DNA of 64,000 nucleotides from an uncultured Planctomycetales bacterium (GTDB lineage Bacteria; Planctomycetota; Phycisphaerae; UBA1845; Fen-1342). Under the pieces are notes generated by a model. That model was given only the letters and a program-made list of their open reading frames with translations. It was not told where the DNA came from and did not search any database. Positions 49,621 through 60,620 of this stretch are shown one piece after another. The position numbers were made by a program, and so were the translations under genes. The stretch's first letter is position 1. Every line of letters starts with the position of its first letter. The stretch is from NCBI GenBank assembly GCA_964550375.1, contig CAZJYX010000001.1, positions 2,049-66,048 on the forward strand. Reading direction: 5' to 3'.

Positions 49621-51582
49621 ATGGACCAGCAAGAGATCATCATCGGCATCGACCTCGGCACGACCTTCTCCCTGGTCGCCTACGCCGACGAGCGCGGGGC
49701 ACACATCATCCGTGATGAACAGGGCGACGGCCGCGTGCCCTCGGTGATCGGCGTCACGCCGGAGGCCCCCGGCCGACCGCCACGCGTCACACTGGGGTGG
49801 GAGGCGCGCAACCACGCGGTGGAGAACCCGCGCACGACGGTGTACTCGGTTAAACGTCTGATCGGGCGCGGTCCGGAGGATATTCGCAAGGACTTGCCGT
49901 TCCTGGCTTACGCCGTTGTCCCGGGGCCGCGTGACACCGTGCAGGTGGAGATTGCCGGGCGCCACTACTCGCCGGAAGAGATCTCCTCGGTGATCCTGCG
50001 CGGGCTGCGCGAGCGAGCGGAGCGCCATCTCGGCCGGCCGGTGCACAAGGCGGTTATCACCGTACCGGCGTATTTCGATGACGCCCAGCGGCAGGCCACC
50101 CGCGACGCCGGGGCCGCCGCCGGCCTGGAAGTCCTGCGGATTGTGAACGAGCCGACCGCCGCCGCGCTCGCTTACGGCCTGGGCGTGCGCGAGCAGATCA
50201 GCCTCGGGTCGCCGGACCGGCCGACAGCGCTGCCGCAGGTCACGCCGGGCCATTTCGCGCTGCCGATGCAGCAGTGCCCCGCAAACGTCAGTATCGAGGC
50301 CGATGCGACCAGTGCCGGGCACACCGTGGCGGTCTTTGACCTGGGCGGCGGCACGTTCGATGTCTCCGTGCTGCGTATCGAGCACGGCGTGTTTCAGGTG
50401 CTCAGCACGGCCGGCGATACGCATCTCGGCGGCGACGACTTCGACCGCACGATCATCACCCTCGTACAGCGCGAGGTGCACGAGCAGTTCGGGCTGTCCA
50501 TCGATTCACCGACCACGCGTCAGGCGCTGCGCTCGCTGGCCGAGTCGATCAAGACGCGTCTGAGCGCCGCGCGCGAGGCCCAGCTAGAGCTTGACCTGGG
50601 CCACGGCCGGACCTACCGCCGCACGATCACGCGGGACGAATTCGAAGAGCTCTCCGCCAACCTGGTTGACCGCACGTTGACCTTGTGCGACCAGGCGCTG
50701 CGCGATGCCGGCCTGGCGCCCGACCAGCTCGAACGCATGATCCTCGTGGGGGGCTCGACGCGGATGCCGTGCGTGCGGCGGCGCGTCGGGGAGCATTTCG
50801 GGATCGAGCCGTACACGGCGATCAACCCGGACGAGGTCGTCGCGCTGGGTGCCGCCATTCAGGCGGCCATTCTCGGCGGGGCCCACCCGGACATGCTGCT
50901 GCTGGACGTGACGCCGCTCTCGCTGGGCATCGAGACGATGGGCGGCGCCATGGGCAAGCTCATCATGCGCAACACGACGATCCCGTGTCGTGAGACGGAG
51001 ATGTTCACGACCTTCATGGACGGGCAGACGGCCATCAAGCTCAACGTGCTGCAGGGTGAGCGCGAATTGGCGGCGGACTGCCGCAGCCTGGGCGAGTTCT
51101 ACTTGCGTGACATCCCGCCCATGCCGGCGGGCATACCGAAGATCGAGGTCGAGTTCCTCATAGACGCGAACGGCATTCTGAACGTTTCGGCCCGCGAGCA
51201 ACGCAGCGGCCGGCAAGCCAGCATCCAGATCGTGCCCAACCACGGACTTACGCGGGCCGAAGTCGAACGCATGGCCAAGGAGAGCATTCAGTTCGCCCGG
51301 TCCGATATCGACGCCCATCGCCGCATCGACCTGCTCAACCAGGTCGAGTTTGACCTGAACAAGACCAGGCAGATGCTGGAGCGCTTCGGGGCCCAGCTCG
51401 AACCAACGGAACGCGCCCGAATTGAGCAGGAGATGACCGCGCTGTACGCGCTGGCCGGTCGAACCGAGGACCTCGACGAACTGTACCAGGCCCTGACCGC
51501 CTTCGGGCACAGCACGCTCCGGCTGGCGGAACTCGGCATTCGCGCCGCATTGGTTCAGGGTGCGAAAGAACAGCCGGAGTGA
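49621..51582 (+). CDS. hscA: Fe-S assembly Hsp70 chaperone
   Basis: [13 protein letters not shown]..., [12 protein letters not shown], Hsp70 signature blocks. Confidence 0.9.
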   Translation: MDQQEIIIGIDLGTTFSLVAYADERGAHIIRDEQGDGRVPSVIGVTPEAPGRPPRVTLGWEARNHAVENPRTTVYSVKRLIGRGPEDIRKDLPFLAYAVVPGPRDTVQVEIAGRHYSPEEISSVILRGLRERAERHLGRPVHKAVITVPAYFDDAQRQATRDAGAAAGLEVLRIVNEPTAAALAYGLGVREQISLGSPDRPTALPQVTPGHFALPMQQCPANVSIEADATSAGHTVAVFDLGGGTFDVSVLRIEHGVFQVLSTAGDTHLGGDDFDRTIITLVQREVHEQFGLSIDSPTTRQALRSLAESIKTRLSAAREAQLELDLGHGRTYRRTITRDEFEELSANLVDRTLTLCDQALRDAGLAPDQLERMILVGGSTRMPCVRRRVGEHFGIEPYTAINPDEVVALGAAIQAAILGGAHPDMLLLDVTPLSLGIETMGGAMGKLIMRNTTIPCRETEMFTTFMDGQTAIKLNVLQGERELAADCRSLGEFYLRDIPPMPAGIPKIEVEFLIDANGILNVSAREQRSGRQASIQIVPNHGLTRAEVERMAKESIQFARSDIDAHRRIDLLNQVEFDLNKTRQMLERFGAQLEPTERARIEQEMTALYALAGRTEDLDELYQALTAFGHSTLRLAELGIRAALVQGAKEQPE

Positions 51583-52010
51583 GGAGTACAGCTTTGGGCG
51601 GCCAGAATCCGTACATCAGAGAGCAGCCGGTCCAGCGGCCGACGCGCCCGTTCAAGATCACGTACATCGACGGGCAGGGCCGCGAGCAGGTCGTCGAGGT
51701 GGACCCGCAGCGGATTCCCTATGATGAGCACGGGCTGCCGGGGAGCCTGCTCGAAATCGCGCTTGGCCACGGCGTCCCGATCGACCACGCCTGCGGCGGC
51801 GTGTGCGCGTGCAGCACCTGTCACGTTATCGTGCGCTCCGGCTACGACGCGTGCAGCGAGCCGACGGATGAGGAAGAGGACCAGCTTGACGAGGCCTACG
51901 GGCTAACGGCCAACTCCCGTCTGGCCTGCCAGTGCATCCCGAACGGACGGGAGGACCTGGTGGTGGAGGTACCGTCCTGGAATCGCAATCTGGCCCGCGA
52001 GGGGCAGTAA
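51579..52010 (+). CDS. fdx: [2Fe-2S] ferredoxin (ISC-type)
   Basis: [13 protein letters not shown]...LACQC cysteine pattern; overlaps hscA stop by 4 nt. Confidence 0.85.
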   Translation: MRSTALGGQNPYIREQPVQRPTRPFKITYIDGQGREQVVEVDPQRIPYDEHGLPGSLLEIALGHGVPIDHACGGVCACSTCHVIVRSGYDACSEPTDEEEDQLDEAYGLTANSRLACQCIPNGREDLVVEVPSWNRNLAREGQ

Positions 52011-52113
52011 CTGGCAGTGCCACCCGGCGCTCGATCGGCGTACGCCCTCGGGCCGGACATCCCCGCAAGTCCCTCCCTTTTCTGAACCCCACGGCCCATT
52101 AGCGCATTAAAGA

Positions 52114-52144
52114 GCCCGCCGCGATCAAAGGCGCCGCGGCGGGC
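52114..52144. terminator. GC-rich hairpin (10-bp stem GCCCGCCGCG/CGCGGCGGGC, 11-nt loop) between convergent fdx and POT transporter
   Basis: Read directly; no U-tract, so only terminator-like. Confidence 0.3.
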
Positions 52145-52518
52145 ACAATCTGTTGGCAGCCGCATTCTGGCAGCCACGTTCGCTGCGTTAATGCAGCCAC
52201 CTTCGTTTATCACTTGGCAAGGATCACCTCCTTTCAAAAGGGCGCCGCCCCGGCTGTCCTCAGACGCCGGACTAAGCCCTCCCGCCGGCCGTCGCCGACG
52301 GGCACATCGCGCGACGCGGTGAGCATCGCTCGGCCGGGTGTGCTTCGACTTGCGGCCCTCGCCCATTTTTTTGAGGGCCGTCGAGCGCCGACCCCACCCG
52401 ACACCATCATTTTAGCCTACCCTGGGCGTCCAGGCAAAGGAATTCTGAAGCAATCCGGTCGTCAAACCGGCACAGCGCAAAACCTGCGCTGCCGGCCCGT
52501 GCGGCGGAGCCGTCCCGA

Positions 52519-54453
52519 TCAGTGGATTCCGTGCAGCATGGGGCGCAGCACGCGCAGCAGCAGCAGCATGATGACGGTGGCCACTACTCCGATAACACCG
52601 AAGATCATGAAGTAGTCGGCGGGCGTCATGGTGCCCCAGTAGCCGCCGATCGTATGGGCGGCGAAGTTCGCGATGAAACCGGTTGTGAAGAACCACAGTC
52701 CCATGAACAGGCCGACATACCTGGCCGGGGCCGCCTTGGTCACCAGCGACAGGCCAACGGGGGAGAGGCACAGCTCGCCAATGGTGATGACCAGGTAAAA
52801 CGCCAGCAGCCATACGATCGACACCTTCAAGACGGAGGACTCGACGTAGATCGAGGTGAGCGCGGCGCGGAATTCCGGACCCGCCCCCGCGGCCAGTACC
52901 TGGGCCCGGTCTCTGTCAGACAGCGTGCCGGAGGCGCAGAGTGTGCGTTCCTCCGGCAGCCAGCGCACCTTGGGCTGCTCGCCCTCCAGCGGCCAGTCTG
53001 CCACCGGCACAAGCTCGCCCACCTCCGACGGCACCGGCACCTGCACTTCCCAGGTGGCGTCCCGCGCCAGCAGCCCGGCGGACTTGGCTCGCCGAACTTC
53101 CTCGTGGCGTTCCGCAGCCGCCTTCTGAAGCGCTGTGACGGCCTGCTGATACTCCGGGGAGCTTGAAGCCCCCAGAGCCCGCATCCAGTCGTTGTCCGTC
53201 AAGACGCCGCGCATGTGGAGCGTGCCTTCATCCCAGTGCAGCCGCGTAGCCCCGTACTCCTGCAGGTTCACGCCGGCGGGCACCTGCGTCAGCGCCGCCG
53301 AAGTGGGGCGGCTCTCCGCCTGAGCGGCTAGAAGCATGATGCCGTAGGCCAGGGACAGGAAGAACACGCCGAACGCCATCTTCAGCGGCGTTGACGGCTG
53401 GCGTTGGCGGCGCTCGAGGAACTGCCACAGCCAGGCGAAGACCACCGCCAGCGTCACGATGAAGAACGGGTTGATCGACTGGGTCATCTCCGCACTGATC
53501 CGCCAATCGCGGATTCCGCCGCGCGCGTCCGCCGCAACGGCGTCGGTAAACTCCGGCAAGTTGACTGCTGCCGGGGGCGCTGCTGCCCTGAAGATGTGCA
53601 TGTTCGTGTGTTGATCGGCCCAGAGGTTCATCACGTTGGCCGCCTGCTCGAATCCGACCCAGAAGAGGATCGCGAATACGCAGATCACGATCAGGACAAT
53701 GCACCGGTCGCGATAGACATGCTTGGCCGGCGTGCTGCCGGTCGGGCCGGGGTTGGCGGGCGAAACGGCGGCGGCCGCGGCATCCGGACCGGCCGGCGTT
53801 GCCCCGGCCTCCTCGGCCGCGATGAGCCGCTCGCGGGCCACAACACGTTTCATGCCAATTATGTAGAGGATAAGTCCGATCACCATGCCGACGCCCGCGG
53901 CGGCGAAGCCGTAGTGATAGCCCTTGTTGATTCGCAACCAGCCACAAACCAATGGGCCGAAGAAAGCGCCAAGGTTGATGCCCATGTAGAAGATCGTGAA
54001 AGCACTGTCGCGCCGCCCGTCACCGGAGCGGTACAGCGCACCCACCTGCGTCGAGATGTTTGGCTTCAGGAAGCCCGTGCCGACAATGAGGCAGCCCAGA
54101 CCGGAGTAGAAGAACGGCATCGGCTCGAAGGCCAGCAGGAAGTGGCCGATCGCTATGATCACGCCCCCCACAACCACTGACCAGCGTGCCCCCAGCCAGC
54201 GGTCGGCGATGATTCCGCCCAGAATGGGGGTGGCATAGACCAGGCCGGCATACCAGGCGAATACATACGAGGCGTCGGCCTGGCGCCAGAACAGGTAGTT
54301 GACCAGGTAGAGGATCAGCAGCGCCTTCATGCCGTAGAAGCTGAAGCGCTCCCAGAACTCGGTGAAGAAGAGCGTGAACAGACAGGTCGGGTGGCCGAAG
54401 AGCTCGCCCGGGCGCCGGCCCGGCAACTCAAGCGTGGCGGATTGGCTGGACAC
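52519..54453 (-). CDS. POT/PTR2-family peptide:proton symporter with large inserted hydrophilic domain
   Basis: GELFGHPTCLFTLFFTEFWERFSFYGMKALLILYL signature N-terminus. About 260-aa soluble insertion between TM bundles. GTG start inferred at 54453. Confidence 0.75.
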   Translation of the reverse strand: MSSQSATLELPGRRPGELFGHPTCLFTLFFTEFWERFSFYGMKALLILYLVNYLFWRQADASYVFAWYAGLVYATPILGGIIADRWLGARWSVVVGGVIIAIGHFLLAFEPMPFFYSGLGCLIVGTGFLKPNISTQVGALYRSGDGRRDSAFTIFYMGINLGAFFGPLVCGWLRINKGYHYGFAAAGVGMVIGLILYIIGMKRVVARERLIAAEEAGATPAGPDAAAAAVSPANPGPTGSTPAKHVYRDRCIVLIVICVFAILFWVGFEQAANVMNLWADQHTNMHIFRAAAPPAAVNLPEFTDAVAADARGGIRDWRISAEMTQSINPFFIVTLAVVFAWLWQFLERRQRQPSTPLKMAFGVFFLSLAYGIMLLAAQAESRPTSAALTQVPAGVNLQEYGATRLHWDEGTLHMRGVLTDNDWMRALGASSSPEYQQAVTALQKAAAERHEEVRRAKSAGLLARDATWEVQVPVPSEVGELVPVADWPLEGEQPKVRWLPEERTLCASGTLSDRDRAQVLAAGAGPEFRAALTSIYVESSVLKVSIVWLLAFYLVITIGELCLSPVGLSLVTKAAPARYVGLFMGLWFFTTGFIANFAAHTIGGYWGTMTPADYFMIFGVIGVVATVIMLLLLRVLRPMLHGIH

Positions 54454-54710
54454 GACGATCTCCCGGGCTGAAGCGCACGGGTCGTCGGGTCCACGAAGAC
54501 CGCGCTCCAGCCGCTCAGACAAACACGCGCGCAACCTACGGTCGCGGCGCCAGATACCGCGGCAGGATACGGCAAACCTCTCCTGGCAACCAGCGGGTGC
54601 GGAAGGGCCGCCGCTGGTCCGCCCGGCGCGGACCACGTGAAGCATCCGCCCATCCCGGTTATAAGTGCTGCCACGTCATCCGGAACGTACCACTGCAACA
54701 GGAGCGTGGC

Positions 54711-57479
54711 ATGGATCAGCCAGCGAAGAAGACCTCCACCCTCGCGCTAGTTCTCAGCTTCCCCGCCAATTTCTGGTACGCCAACCTGATGGAAATCCTG
54801 GAGCGCCTGGCTTTCTTCGGCGTGCGCGCCATCGCCCCACTCTATCTCGTGGCCAGCGCCGGTGACAACGGCCTGGGCCTGACCTACACCCAGAAGGGCT
54901 GGATCTACTCCATTTGGGCGCTTATTCAGTGCCTCGTGCCAATGGTCTCCGGTGGCTACACCGAGCGCTACGGTTACCGCAAGAGCCTCGCCGTTGCCTT
55001 CCTCGTGAACATCGTCGGCTACCTGTGCATGGCGAACTCGCTACCAGTGACCAATTTCCTCGGCGCGCACGGCTACACCGGCTCCGGCTTCTGGGTCTTT
55101 CTGTTCTCCGCCTGCTGCGTCGCGTTCGGCACCGCCGTCTTCAAGCCACCCTGTCACGGCACGATCGCCAAGACCACCGACGAGAAAACGTCCTCGATGG
55201 GCTGGGGCGTGTTCTACTGGGTCGTGAACATCGGCGGCGCGCTGGCCCCCATGGCCGCGGCCCAGTTGCGCGGTGAGATCGACTGGCACTACGTCTTCTA
55301 CGCGGCCGCCATCGTCACCGCGCTCAATTTCCTGCCGCTGTTCATCCTCTACCGCGAGCCCGCAAAGGACGGGCAGAAAGCCGAAGACGAGCAGCGCGGT
55401 CCGGTCGGGGTGTTTCTCCACTCCATCATGACAATCTTCAAAGACCCTCGGCTGGTGGTCTTCCTGCTCATCTTCTCGTGCTTCTGGCTCATGTTCATGC
55501 AGCTCTGGGACCTGCTGCCCAACTTCATCGACGAGTGGGTGGACACCTCCGACGTGGCCCCGTTCTTCGGTTGGTTTTCCGAAGGCTGGGTGCAGGCGAA
55601 TGGCCAGGTCAAGCCCGAGATGCTGATCAACATCGATTCCATCGCCATCATCGCCCTTGTATTGGTCGTCTCCTGGCTGATCCGCAAGATGAACAAGGTC
55701 GTCGCCATGATCGTCGGCATGCTCATCTCGCTGGTGGGCTTCGTCGGCGCCGGCTACACGATGCTGGGCTGGCTCTGCTGCCTGGCCATCTTCATCTTCG
55801 CGATCGGCGAAATGATGTGCAGCCCGACGTTCAGCGCCTACATCGGCCTGATCGCCCCCAAGGACAAGAAAGCCCTCTACATGGGCTACTCGAACATACC
55901 CTTCGCCATCGGCTGGGCACTCGGAAACCTGGTCGGCGGGTACTTCTATGAACACCGCGGCGCCCGCGCCGAACTGGCCATGAAACACCTGGCCTCCGAC
56001 ACCCAGCTCGTCGCCCAGGCCGCCCGCGCCGTCGATTGGAGCGACTCTCTGGAGCGGCTGCCCGGCCTGCTGGACATCAGCCGCGGCGCTGCCTTCGCCC
56101 TGGCGCAGCAGGAGCTGCGACTGGACGCCGCCGCGACGGCCGAGCGGCTGCGCGAAACCTTCCGCTACGATCGCGGGCAGGTGGAGAACCTGGCCCTGCT
56201 GCACCTGGCGCTTCAGCCGGACATGCGCGACAAGGTGATTGCAGGATACGCGGGCGTCGTGCGGAAGCTGGCCGAACGCCTTCAGGATGATTCGAAGCGG
56301 TTCGTGGGTGAGGTGAAGGAAGCGGTGGGCGCCGAGGGCAAGACCGCAAACCAGGCCGACGCGCCGGTCGAGTCCGTGGCGGCGGAGCCGGCTACCGAGC
56401 CCGGCGCTGTCACCCAAGTCGCCGCCGAGCTTCCCGCAGCCGGCGACCTCATCGAGGACGTGGACGAGATCAAGAGGCATACGCTAGCTGTACAGCAACT
56501 CGCGCGCGGCGAAATCACGATCGCGCAGGCCGGGCTGGCGAGCATCGTGCATCACCTCCCGACCATCGTCGGCAAACAGCGCGACGAAGCGCTCGGCGCC
56601 GTGCGCGATATCGAGAACCAGGACCGCGAACCGGCCGACCGCGCCGACGACCAGGAGGTCATTGCGCTGCTTTGGGACCGACACGGCGGCGACCCGGATG
56701 TTCTGAACAACCTAGCCCTCGAATACTGTGCCCAGGCAACCGAGCGCGTCAGCGCGGCACTGCGTGGCCGGGAGTTCAAGTACCCCGCGAACAAGATCAA
56801 GGAGCGCATGCAGGAGATCGAACGCTGGATCGGCGTTAACAAGTCCAAGGCGTTTGACGCGCTCAGCGTAGCTCTCGGCCACGACGCAACTGCGGTGGAC
56901 GCCGCCCTGGCCCGGCTGGATGTACCCGAGGCCAGCGACGAGGAGCGCGTCCTTGTACATCTCGCCATGCAGGGAACACACCGCTACAAAGCCGTCCGTG
57001 ATATGGATTGGCGGCACAACAAGGAACTCCTGCGGACGCTCATCCGCGACGACGAGCAGGCCCGCGAGATCGTGCTCGCGAGCATCGACAGGATCGGTTT
57101 GCTGGAACGCGCGGTCACGGCGATTCGCGCGCTGGTCGGCGATAGGGACGAGGTCGGCGTTGTCACCGACGAAGGCATCGACTACTCCCGACTCGCCACG
57201 AAACAGGACCTCATCCAGAAGGCGCTGAGCGCCAAGGACTGGACCAGGTCGCCTCAGCAGGCGGCCCAGCTCATGGCCATGAACGCGCATGCGGCCCGCG
57301 CCCTGGCTGCCAGCGACGATAAGGCGGCCCGTAACGTGCTCTGGGACTCCTACCGCCCCTATATGGTCTGGGTCTACCTGGGCGTTTTCGGGCTGGGCGG
57401 CACGCTCGGCATGATCATCTTCTACTTCGCCACGCGCAGGAAGTTTGCCGCCAGTACGCCCAATGGCGCGGCGGCCTGA
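54711..57479 (+). CDS. POT/MFS-type transporter fused to about 480-aa C-terminal hydrophilic domain plus terminal TM helix
   Basis: N-terminal 12-TM MFS/POT core (ERLAFFGVRAIAPLYL). Long helical C-terminal region ending in a hydrophobic helix. AGGAGCG RBS before ATG 54711. Confidence 0.7.
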   Translation: MDQPAKKTSTLALVLSFPANFWYANLMEILERLAFFGVRAIAPLYLVASAGDNGLGLTYTQKGWIYSIWALIQCLVPMVSGGYTERYGYRKSLAVAFLVNIVGYLCMANSLPVTNFLGAHGYTGSGFWVFLFSACCVAFGTAVFKPPCHGTIAKTTDEKTSSMGWGVFYWVVNIGGALAPMAAAQLRGEIDWHYVFYAAAIVTALNFLPLFILYREPAKDGQKAEDEQRGPVGVFLHSIMTIFKDPRLVVFLLIFSCFWLMFMQLWDLLPNFIDEWVDTSDVAPFFGWFSEGWVQANGQVKPEMLINIDSIAIIALVLVVSWLIRKMNKVVAMIVGMLISLVGFVGAGYTMLGWLCCLAIFIFAIGEMMCSPTFSAYIGLIAPKDKKALYMGYSNIPFAIGWALGNLVGGYFYEHRGARAELAMKHLASDTQLVAQAARAVDWSDSLERLPGLLDISRGAAFALAQQELRLDAAATAERLRETFRYDRGQVENLALLHLALQPDMRDKVIAGYAGVVRKLAERLQDDSKRFVGEVKEAVGAEGKTANQADAPVESVAAEPATEPGAVTQVAAELPAAGDLIEDVDEIKRHTLAVQQLARGEITIAQAGLASIVHHLPTIVGKQRDEALGAVRDIENQDREPADRADDQEVIALLWDRHGGDPDVLNNLALEYCAQATERVSAALRGREFKYPANKIKERMQEIERWIGVNKSKAFDALSVALGHDATAVDAALARLDVPEASDEERVLVHLAMQGTHRYKAVRDMDWRHNKELLRTLIRDDEQAREIVLASIDRIGLLERAVTAIRALVGDRDEVGVVTDEGIDYSRLATKQDLIQKALSAKDWTRSPQQAAQLMAMNAHAARALAASDDKAARNVLWDSYRPYMVWVYLGVFGLGGTLGMIIFYFATRRKFAASTPNGAAA

Positions 57480-57613
57480 GCGCTCTGATGATGAAATGAC
57501 ACGGCCGGCCGATCGCGCCCGATCGGCCGGCCGGTTGTATGCTCACCTCGGCCATTCCGCCGGCGGCTCCTTGCCGTCGGCGATGCCCCACCTTAAGCCC
57601 GCGGCACCGCGCG

Positions 57614-59353
57614 CTAGCGCCCGACGATATCCAGCAACTCGACCTCGAAGATCAACGGCGCCTTCGGCGGGATTGTCGGCGGGCGGCCGCGCTCGCCATA
57701 AGCCAGCTCGTACGGGATCAGGAACTTGGCCTTGCCGCCGACCTTCATCAGGCCCACGCCCTCGGTCCAGCCTCTAATGACTTGGTTCAGCGGGAAATCG
57801 ATCGGCGCGCCGCGGTCCACCGAGCTGTCGAACTTCGTGCCGTCCAACAGCCAACCCGTGTAGTGTACCTTCACCTTATCAGTGGGCGCGGGGGAAGGGC
57901 CGGTTCCCTCAGTCAGCATCACGTACATCAGGCCCGACGAGGTGATCTGCATGGGCTTGCCGGTCTCTTCCTTGATCCTCTTCAAAGCCGCCGCGAGCGC
58001 CGGGTCGGGCTCGGCCGTGGCCGGGCGCGCCGGTGTGTCGCCCACGATCTCCAGCAACTCGATCTCGAAGATCAGCGGCGACTTGGGTGGGATGCGCGGC
58101 GGCATGCCGCGCTCACCATAGGCCAGTTCGTACGGGATCAGGAACTTGGCCTTGCCACCAACCTTCATCAGGCCAACCCCTTCCGTCCAGCCGCGGATAA
58201 CCTTGTCCAACGCGAAGTCGACCGGCGCGCCGCGGCTCACCGAGCTGTCGAACACGGTGCTGTCCAGCAGCCAGCCGACGTAGTGCACCTTCACCCTGTC
58301 GGTGGGCTTGGGCGACGGGCCGTCACCCGCGGCCAGCATCACGTACATCAGACCGGAGGGAGTCTTCTCCATCTTCTGCCCGGTTCCCTCCTCGATCTTG
58401 CTGATCGCTTCCTCGACGGCCTTCTGCCGCTCGATGTCGGCGAGCCTCTCCTCCTCAGCGGCGCGTTGCTTCTCTTCGACCGCCGCCCGTTGAGCCGCGG
58501 CCACGGCCGCCGCCAGCTTCGCCGAATCATATTCCCCAGCAACCGCAGCCTTGTTGATTACGACCGGCTCCTTTGGCACCACGGCCGTGGCGGACACGTA
58601 GCGCGGATGCGAGTGGACTTCGACGTTGCGGATCTTGTCGACTACGTCCATGCCCTCGACGACCTTGCCGAACACGGCGTAGCCGGCTCCGTCGCGCGGC
58701 TGATCCAGATTCCTGTTGTTCACGACATTGATGAAGAACTGGGCGGTAGCCGAGTCGGCCTGCCCACCGCGGCGGGCCATCGCGATCGTGCCGCGCTCAT
58801 TCGTGAGTCCGTTCTTCCACTCGTTCAGGATGGGCGGATGCAGGCCCTCCTTCTTCTGGCTCATGTCGGGCAGGTGCTGACCGCCCTGGATCATGAAGTC
58901 CTTGACGACGCGGTGGAAGACCGTCCCGGTGTAGAAGCCCTCCTCGGTGTAGCGCACGAAGTTGTGCGTCGTGACGGGCGCCTTCTGGCCGTCCAGCTCA
59001 AGAACGATGTCTCCCAGTGTCGTTTCGAGCTTCACCCGCACCATCAGTCCCGCCGGATCGGTCAGGTCGACCGACCGCTCCTTGGGCTGGTCCGCCGGGG
59101 CGGACTCGGTCGGGGTGGCCTGCGCAGCCGGCTCGGCTGGTGTGGCTGGTTCCGCCGGTTTGGCCGGCCGGTCCGTCCCGGCCAGGCTGGTCGGCGCCGG
59201 CTGCGCTGCCGGTGCCTGCGCATTGGGCACGTTCTGAGTCGGGCGTGCTTCCGGATCACCCGTTGCGGCGGGGGGCTGCGACCCCGGCGCGTTCTGGGCC
59301 GCGAGCACAGGAACAACAGTCAGCACAAGCAGTAATGAGAGCAGACGCTTCAT
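57614..59353 (-). CDS. secreted tri-domain peptidyl-prolyl isomerase: cyclophilin + two FKBP domains
   Basis: Signal peptide MKRLLSLLLVLTVVPVLAA. Cyclophilin block (HRVVKDFMIQGG...FFIN) then two near-identical FKBP blocks (VHYVGWLLD...VIRGWTEG...FEIELL). Confidence 0.85.
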   Translation of the reverse strand: MKRLLSLLLVLTVVPVLAAQNAPGSQPPAATGDPEARPTQNVPNAQAPAAQPAPTSLAGTDRPAKPAEPATPAEPAAQATPTESAPADQPKERSVDLTDPAGLMVRVKLETTLGDIVLELDGQKAPVTTHNFVRYTEEGFYTGTVFHRVVKDFMIQGGQHLPDMSQKKEGLHPPILNEWKNGLTNERGTIAMARRGGQADSATAQFFINVVNNRNLDQPRDGAGYAVFGKVVEGMDVVDKIRNVEVHSHPRYVSATAVVPKEPVVINKAAVAGEYDSAKLAAAVAAAQRAAVEEKQRAAEEERLADIERQKAVEEAISKIEEGTGQKMEKTPSGLMYVMLAAGDGPSPKPTDRVKVHYVGWLLDSTVFDSSVSRGAPVDFALDKVIRGWTEGVGLMKVGGKAKFLIPYELAYGERGMPPRIPPKSPLIFEIELLEIVGDTPARPATAEPDPALAAALKRIKEETGKPMQITSSGLMYVMLTEGTGPSPAPTDKVKVHYTGWLLDGTKFDSSVDRGAPIDFPLNQVIRGWTEGVGLMKVGGKAKFLIPYELAYGERGRPPTIPPKAPLIFEVELLDIVGR

Positions 59354-59677
59354 GGGCGTTCCCCTTATCTCCAAAAAGGAGCCCGACGCCGACGTGCCCA
59401 TTACTCGAACACCGGCTGTCACGGGCGAAACCGAAGAAGTACAGCATAACAAGCAGCCGCCGGATGTGAAACCGCCGCCGGGCGCCGAGCGGCACACTTA
59501 TGTTCTGGCCATTGCGATGCGACCGCGCCGGACGGCAGCATTCACGCCAACAGAGCCGCAGGGAACAGTGCCCAACCAAGCACGCCGCCGGTGGCGATGG
59601 CACATATAAAGCATGTCACGACAATATCTTATGATGCCTCGGCGCCACCCGCCAAACACCGTGCCCACGCCCGCCCG

Positions 59678-60484
59678 CTACGCCAGGAGCGCCAGCAAGG
59701 CAGCCACGCGCCCTTCATCAACCGGATTCGTCACCACGCCGTCGCGCTTCAGACCCGTGCCCACGATGAAACCGTCGGCGTCTGCGGCGTAGGCTGCCGC
59801 CGACTCAGGGTCAAGGCCGCTGCCCACCACAACCGGCGTAGCGCCGCCGGCCTGCTTGACCCGGCGCAGCTCCGCGACATCGGCCGGCCGGCCTGTCCCG
59901 ACGCCGGAGACGATCAGGCCGTCAGCGCCGCCGCGCTGGACGGTCTCAGCGGCCTCCTCCTCGATCGGCCGCTCGACGCCCAGTGCGACTGAGTGTTTGA
60001 CATTCACGTCGGCGAAGATCCGAATTCGGTCGGCCCGCAGCCGGGAGCGCTCCCGCAAGAGAGTGTGCGCGTTGCCCTGGATGATGCCCTGGTCGGTCAG
60101 CCGGGCCCCCGTCAGAACATTGACGCGAATGAAGGCGGCGTCCACCGCCACGGCAATCGCCAACGCGCTGAGCGCGTCGTTGCGCAGCACGTTGATTCCG
60201 AAGGGCACGTCGAAGCGGCTGCGGACGGCCGTCGCGAGCGTGGTCAGGGCGGCCACCGTGCCAGCCGACACGCGGCGCCGCGCAAATGGGGCGTCGCCGA
60301 AGTTCTCCAGCAGCAGCCCGTTCACGCCGCCACGAATCAGCGTTTCGGCGTCGCGGAGCACGAACTGCGTGATTCCTCGCATCTCGCTTGAGCAGCGCGG
60401 TGCACCCGGCAGCGGGGGCGCATGGAGCATGCCGATGACCGGTCGCCGAATGTGTGCCCACTCTGGAATCAAGTCGCTGAGCAT
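59678..60484 (-). CDS. btpA: BtpA/SgcQ-family TIM-barrel protein
   Basis: VIGMLHAPPLPGAP... N-terminal signature of the BtpA family. Confidence 0.7.
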   Translation of the reverse strand: MLSDLIPEWAHIRRPVIGMLHAPPLPGAPRCSSEMRGITQFVLRDAETLIRGGVNGLLLENFGDAPFARRRVSAGTVAALTTLATAVRSRFDVPFGINVLRNDALSALAIAVAVDAAFIRVNVLTGARLTDQGIIQGNAHTLLRERSRLRADRIRIFADVNVKHSVALGVERPIEEEAAETVQRGGADGLIVSGVGTGRPADVAELRRVKQAGGATPVVVGSGLDPESAAAYAADADGFIVGTGLKRDGVVTNPVDEGRVAALLALLA

Positions 60485-60620
60485 GTCGCGCAGCCTACCG
60501 GCGGAGGTAGTGGGCGTGAAGGCATCACCGGCCGGCGGGAAGTCCCTTTGGGTGCGGGCGGGCAAAGCGGCGGTATTGGAAGCGCCTAGGCCGAAAGCGG
60601 ACCAGCAACCACGACGGGCG

